Shown one piece after another: positions 60,200 through 64,000 of a DNA stretch of 64,000 nucleotides. Below the pieces are notes generated by a model that searched no databases, had not been told where the DNA came from, and worked only from the letters and a program-made list of their open reading frames with translations. This DNA comes from an uncultured delta proteobacterium. Its GTDB lineage: Bacteria; Myxococcota_A; Polyangia; Polyangiales; B10-G4. The stretch covers positions 384,001 to 448,000 of the forward strand of contig CAVSGI010000008.1 of NCBI GenBank assembly GCA_963727445.1. Direction: 5' to 3'. The position numbers and the translations under genes were made by a program. Every line of letters starts with the position of its first letter. The first letter of the stretch is position 1.

Positions 60200-61084
60200 A
60201 TGAAGCCCACGCTGGTCAGCCCCCCCGAGAGCCCCTACCTCGTCCCCTTCGACGGAACCTTTCGGGTGAAGAAGGCGCCCACCAGGCCGCCGAAGGACGC
60301 CCCCGACAAGAAGGACGCCAAGAAGGAGCTCGAGGACGTGATCGACGAGCTCCGCGACCAGCAGCGGATGCTCTACGCCCAGGACCGCTACTCGGTGCTG
60401 ATGGTGTTCCAGGCGATGGACGCCGCCGGCAAGGACGGAACCATCCGCGCCGTGATGAGCGGCATCAACCCGGCCGGCTGCCAGGTCTTCAGCTTCAAGC
60501 AGCCGTCGGCGGAGGAGCTCGACCACGACTTCTTGTGGCGCGTCTATCGGCGCATGCCGGAGCGCGGGCGCATCGGCATCTTCAATCGGAGCCACTACGA
60601 AGAGGTGCTGGTGGTGCGCGCGCACCCCGAGTACCTGAAGGGCCAGCGCATCCCACGGGAGGTGCCGCTCGGCCAGCTCTGGGAAGAACGCTACGACTCG
60701 ATCCGCGACGTGGAGCGCCACCTCGCGCGCAACGGGACGGTGATCCTCAAGTTCTGGCTGAACGTGTCGAGGGACGAGCAGCGCGAGCGGTTCCTCGCGC
60801 GCATCGACGAGCCCAAGTCGAACTGGAAGTTCTCCGCGGGCGACGTGAAGGAGCGTGCCCTGTGGGACACCTACATGACGGCCTACGAAGACGCCTTGAA
60901 CGCGACCTCACGCCCCTGGGCGCCCTGGTACGCGATCCCCGCCGACAAGAAGCCCTTCATGCGTCTCCAGGTCGCCCGCATCGTCCTGCAAACGCTCAAG
61001 TCACTGTCGCTGAGCTACCCGAGCGTCAGCGACGGCGACCGCGCAGAGATGCTGGCGCTCCGGGACCAGCTGGCGAAGGAGTGA
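60200..61084 (+). CDS. ppk2: Polyphosphate kinase 2 family (class III-like)
   Basis: FQAMDAAGKDG, FKQPS.EEL.HDFLWR, FNRSHYEEVL, KFWLNVS, PWYAIPAD.K. Confidence 0.93.
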   Translation: MKPTLVSPPESPYLVPFDGTFRVKKAPTRPPKDAPDKKDAKKELEDVIDELRDQQRMLYAQDRYSVLMVFQAMDAAGKDGTIRAVMSGINPAGCQVFSFKQPSAEELDHDFLWRVYRRMPERGRIGIFNRSHYEEVLVVRAHPEYLKGQRIPREVPLGQLWEERYDSIRDVERHLARNGTVILKFWLNVSRDEQRERFLARIDEPKSNWKFSAGDVKERALWDTYMTAYEDALNATSRPWAPWYAIPADKKPFMRLQVARIVLQTLKSLSLSYPSVSDGDRAEMLALRDQLAKE

Positions 61085-61108
61085 ACCCTGCTCCCGTGCC
61101 CCTGCCTG

Positions 61109-61996
61109 CTACGCCGCGCTGCCCAGCTTGGTGAGCGCGCCTTCGACGGGTGGGTCGAAGTGCACGTCGACCTGGGGGAAGGCGATGGTGATGCCCGCGT
61201 CGTCGAATCCCCACCAGATGGCCTGGCGGAGCCGCGAGCTGTAGTCACGCCGCCGCCAGGGATTGTCCACCCAGACGCTGACGTCGAAGTCGACGGAGCT
61301 CGAGCCGAAGTCGGTCATCAGCACCTGGGGCTCGTGGATCGCGTCGCGCCACTCGATGTCCTTGGCCACGTCTTGGAGCACCTCGAGGACCTTCCGCATG
61401 TCGGAGGAGTACGCGACTCCGACGCTGACGCGGACGCGGTACGACATATCGGAGTAAGTGAAGTTCTTCACCGGGTTCTGAACGAGGATGGAGTTGGGGA
61501 CGATCAGGTCCTCGTCCTCCAGGGTGCGCACCACCGTCGCGCGGATACCCATGCGCTCCACCTTGACGAGCGTGTCCTCGACCTCGACGACGTCACCCGG
61601 TTTGATGGAGTGCTCGATCAGCAGGATCAACCCGGACACGAAGTTCTGCGCGATGTTCTGCATCGCGAAGCCGATGCCCACGGCGAATATCGCGCCGGCC
61701 GCGAAGAGCGCCCCGAGGTTGATGCCGAGGGTCGAGAGCGCGACGCCGAGGCCAATCGCCATGACCATGTAGTGCGTCAGACGCTTGATGACGCCCACCG
61801 TGCCCGTCGAGACGTGGCGACGGATGGAGAACACGCGCACGATGGCCCGCTGCAAGAGCTTCGAAGTCGCATACGCCGCCAGCGCGACCACGAGCGAGGT
61901 GAGTAGTGTCGCGCCGGTGACGGTGGTGCCCGCCACCTCGAAGAGCTCGAAGTGCAATGCCGCCCCGACCTTCGCGAGGATCTCCTTGTAGTCCAT
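61109..61996 (-). CDS. Small-conductance mechanosensitive channel (MscS family)
   Basis: GIGFAMQNIAQNFVSGLILL, IKPGD, LIVPNS, VGVAYSSD, GITIAFPQ. Confidence 0.93.
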   Translation of the reverse strand: MDYKEILAKVGAALHFELFEVAGTTVTGATLLTSLVVALAAYATSKLLQRAIVRVFSIRRHVSTGTVGVIKRLTHYMVMAIGLGVALSTLGINLGALFAAGAIFAVGIGFAMQNIAQNFVSGLILLIEHSIKPGDVVEVEDTLVKVERMGIRATVVRTLEDEDLIVPNSILVQNPVKNFTYSDMSYRVRVSVGVAYSSDMRKVLEVLQDVAKDIEWRDAIHEPQVLMTDFGSSSVDFDVSVWVDNPWRRRDYSSRLRQAIWWGFDDAGITIAFPQVDVHFDPPVEGALTKLGSAA

Positions 61997-62026
61997 CTCT
62001 CAACCCCTGTGTTGTCGCCGCCCCCC

Positions 62027-62887
62027 TCAGCGAGGGGATTGCAGAGCGTACAGGGAGCGGTCCACCGCCGCCCAGCCGTCGAGCCCACCGGCCACCGCGA
62101 GGCGGAACATCGCCATCCCCTCGCCGCCCTCGATCTTGATCCGCGGCAGCTCCGCCGGATCGGCACCCGGCGCGATCGCCCCGTGTTGAGAGGTGAAGAC
62201 CGTACGGTACCCCGCGTCCACCAGCACCCGCGCCGTCGCGTGGTCGAAATCGGAGCGCGTCCCATAGGGATAGGCGAAGCTCGAGACCTCCCGTCCGAGC
62301 CGCGCTTCGAGGATCTCCTTCGACCGAACGGCCTCCTCCACGCGCTCTTCGGGCGCGATCTTCCGAAGTGAGCGGTGGGTCAGCCCGTGCGACTGCACGT
62401 CGATGCCGCCCTCGATCATCTCCCCGAGCTGCTCCCAGCTCACGAAGCGCTCGCTCATCCCGTCCAGCGGCGCGCCGCCCACCGCGCCTGCCACCGTGAA
62501 GAGCACCGCCGGCACGCCGTGGGCGCGAAGGATGGGTAGCGCGATCCGGTGCACGCTCAGCGATCCGTCGTCGATGGTGAGAAGCACCGCGCCCGGGGGC
62601 GGCGCGAGCTCGCCCGCGAGGAACGACTCGAAGTCGGCGAGCGACAGCGCGGTGGCCGTCTCGGCCAGATGGCGCACCTGCGCCTCGAAGACCTCCGCCG
62701 GAACACGGAAGGGCTCGCGCGTCCCCTCTCCGAAGCGGTGATAGGTGATGACCCGCACCTCGGGCCCCAGGCGCAGCCGCCGCCGGACGCCGATGGCGCC
62801 CGATGAAAGCGATCCGAAGGCCATGGCCGCACGCGCGAGCTTCTTCAGGGCCCAGCGCGAAGGGGCGATGCTCTCGCTGGTGCTCAC
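62027..62887 (-). CDS. Polysaccharide deacetylase (CE4/NodB-like)
   Basis: ITYHR, LTIDDG, QSHGLTH, FAYPYG, LPRI; GTGA overlap with the upstream glycosyltransferase. Confidence 0.9.
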   Translation of the reverse strand: MSTSESIAPSRWALKKLARAAMAFGSLSSGAIGVRRRLRLGPEVRVITYHRFGEGTREPFRVPAEVFEAQVRHLAETATALSLADFESFLAGELAPPPGAVLLTIDDGSLSVHRIALPILRAHGVPAVLFTVAGAVGGAPLDGMSERFVSWEQLGEMIEGGIDVQSHGLTHRSLRKIAPEERVEEAVRSKEILEARLGREVSSFAYPYGTRSDFDHATARVLVDAGYRTVFTSQHGAIAPGADPAELPRIKIEGGEGMAMFRLAVAGGLDGWAAVDRSLYALQSPR

Positions 62888-63621
62888 CCGCCCACCCGTT
62901 CCCGCGCGACGCGATAGAGGTAGAGGGGATTGCCCACGAGATAGCGGCGCGCCTTCTTCGGCTGCTGCAAGAGGAGCTGCGCCCACTCGAAGCCGGCCGC
63001 CCGCACCCAGGCCGGCGCGCGCGTGAGATTGCCTGCCCAATGATCGAAGAGCCCACCCACGCCGATCACCAGAGGCACGTCGAGGCGATCGCGGTGGTCG
63101 TGGATCCACCGCTCCTGCAGCGGATTGCCCATCCCCACCAGGAGCATGTCCGGACGCGCCTCGGCGATGTCCTCGAGCACCGGATCGATGGGCCCGTCGA
63201 AGACGTAGCCGTGGTGGTGCCCCGCGTGGGTCCAGCCCGGATGCTGCTCTTGAACGTGCGCTACCGCGCGCGCGATGGTCTCTTCGGTGGCGCCCAGAAG
63301 GTAGTAGCGGAGCCCCCGGTCGGCGGTGTGGTCGAAGAAGAGCGGCAGCAGATCCGTCCCGTTCAGGTTGGCGCGGAGCCGCACCCCCTGCATCCGAGCG
63401 GCCCACCGCACGCCGGTGCCATCCCCGAAGACCACGTCGCCAGTGTTGAGCACGTCCCGATAGGGCGGCTGTTCCACCGCGCAGTTCAGGGTGTGGGCGT
63501 TGACGAAGTACAGGACGCTCGTGCCCTTCGTCTCCACCATCTCCGCCATCCGGCCCAGAGCATCGGGCACCGTGAGATCGGTGATCTCGACCCCCAGAAT
63601 GCGGAGCTGTCGGTCCGGCAC
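62884..63621 (-). CDS. WecB/TagA/CpsF family glycosyltransferase
   Basis: FVNAH, DGTGV, LNGTDL, HHGY, VGMGNPLQERW, GVGGLFD, RAP.W....EW, RRYL.GNP. Confidence 0.93.
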   Translation of the reverse strand: MPDRQLRILGVEITDLTVPDALGRMAEMVETKGTSVLYFVNAHTLNCAVEQPPYRDVLNTGDVVFGDGTGVRWAARMQGVRLRANLNGTDLLPLFFDHTADRGLRYYLLGATEETIARAVAHVQEQHPGWTHAGHHHGYVFDGPIDPVLEDIAEARPDMLLVGMGNPLQERWIHDHRDRLDVPLVIGVGGLFDHWAGNLTRAPAWVRAAGFEWAQLLLQQPKKARRYLVGNPLYLYRVARERVGG

Positions 63622-63625
63622 TAGA

Positions 63626-64000
63626 CTAGGGTGCTGTGCAGTCGATGTTGATCACCGTGAGGGCGCCCGGCGCGGTGAGCCACTCGGTGACGGGGAAGCG
63701 AAGGGCGCAGGTGCCCGAGGCGGGGTCGAGGGGCATGACCGGGACCATCGTCTCGAGGACGTTGGGGAAGAAGATCTGCTTCGCGCGCATGTCCATGGTG
63801 CACGTCGCCCCCGGAAGCGCGCCGGGCGGGTTGCTCCCATCGCTCTCGCAGAGCGGCACCAGACGGTTTCCGAGGATCACCCCGACGTCGGTGATGTTGA
63901 AAGCGGGGTCGTGGGTGATGCCCGCGCCGAGATCGGCGCCGTCGCCGCCCGCCATGTCGTCCACCGGGTTGAAGCCGCAGGCGATCCAGCCGCGGGTCGT
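63626..64000 (-). CDS. 3' end of a hypothetical protein (5' part outside the window)
   Basis: Open frame from the window edge ending 4 bp before the glycosyltransferase start. Confidence 0.55.
   Translation of the reverse strand, partial: TTRGWIACGFNPVDDMAGGDGADLGAGITHDPAFNITDVGVILGNRLVPLCESDGSNPPGALPGATCTMDMRAKQIFFPNVLETMVPVMPLDPASGTCALRFPVTEWLTAPGALTVINIDCTAP

Overview
High-GC bacterial DNA that looks myxobacterial (Myxococcota-like): Ser/Thr kinases, MYXO-CTERM-like tails, Cys-rich lipoproteins, and FHA and sigma54 signalling. It holds about 55 genes, including mepA, nhaA, an acyl-CoA dehydrogenase pair, an L,D-transpeptidase, a DyP peroxidase, a fetAB-like ABC pair, kynA, an RND pump, an NlpC/P60 fusion, ppk2, MscS and the end of a polysaccharide cluster. 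An accessory stretch at about 10-23.4 kb carries gene remnants, an IS630 element and a MITE-like element. I found no rRNA, tRNA or CRISPR array. At least 10 indels break otherwise normal genes, so some frameshifts are probably assembly errors. Main leads: (1) an uncharacterised three-gene module (helical-repeat protein plus two zinc-ribbon proteins) between dyp and fetAB; (2) pervasive leaderless promoter architecture, including three sigma54 promoters with identical spacing to the start codon; (3) a tandem-PLD plus PHP surface enzyme divergent from ppk2; (4) an AgmX/TonB-C-like domain fused to an L,D-transpeptidase; (5) a SEC-C mini-gene with a candidate TTT_CGA +1 frameshift; (6) IS630 inserted at the terminal CTAG of a MITE. 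All domain calls come from motif recognition by eye, not from database searches.
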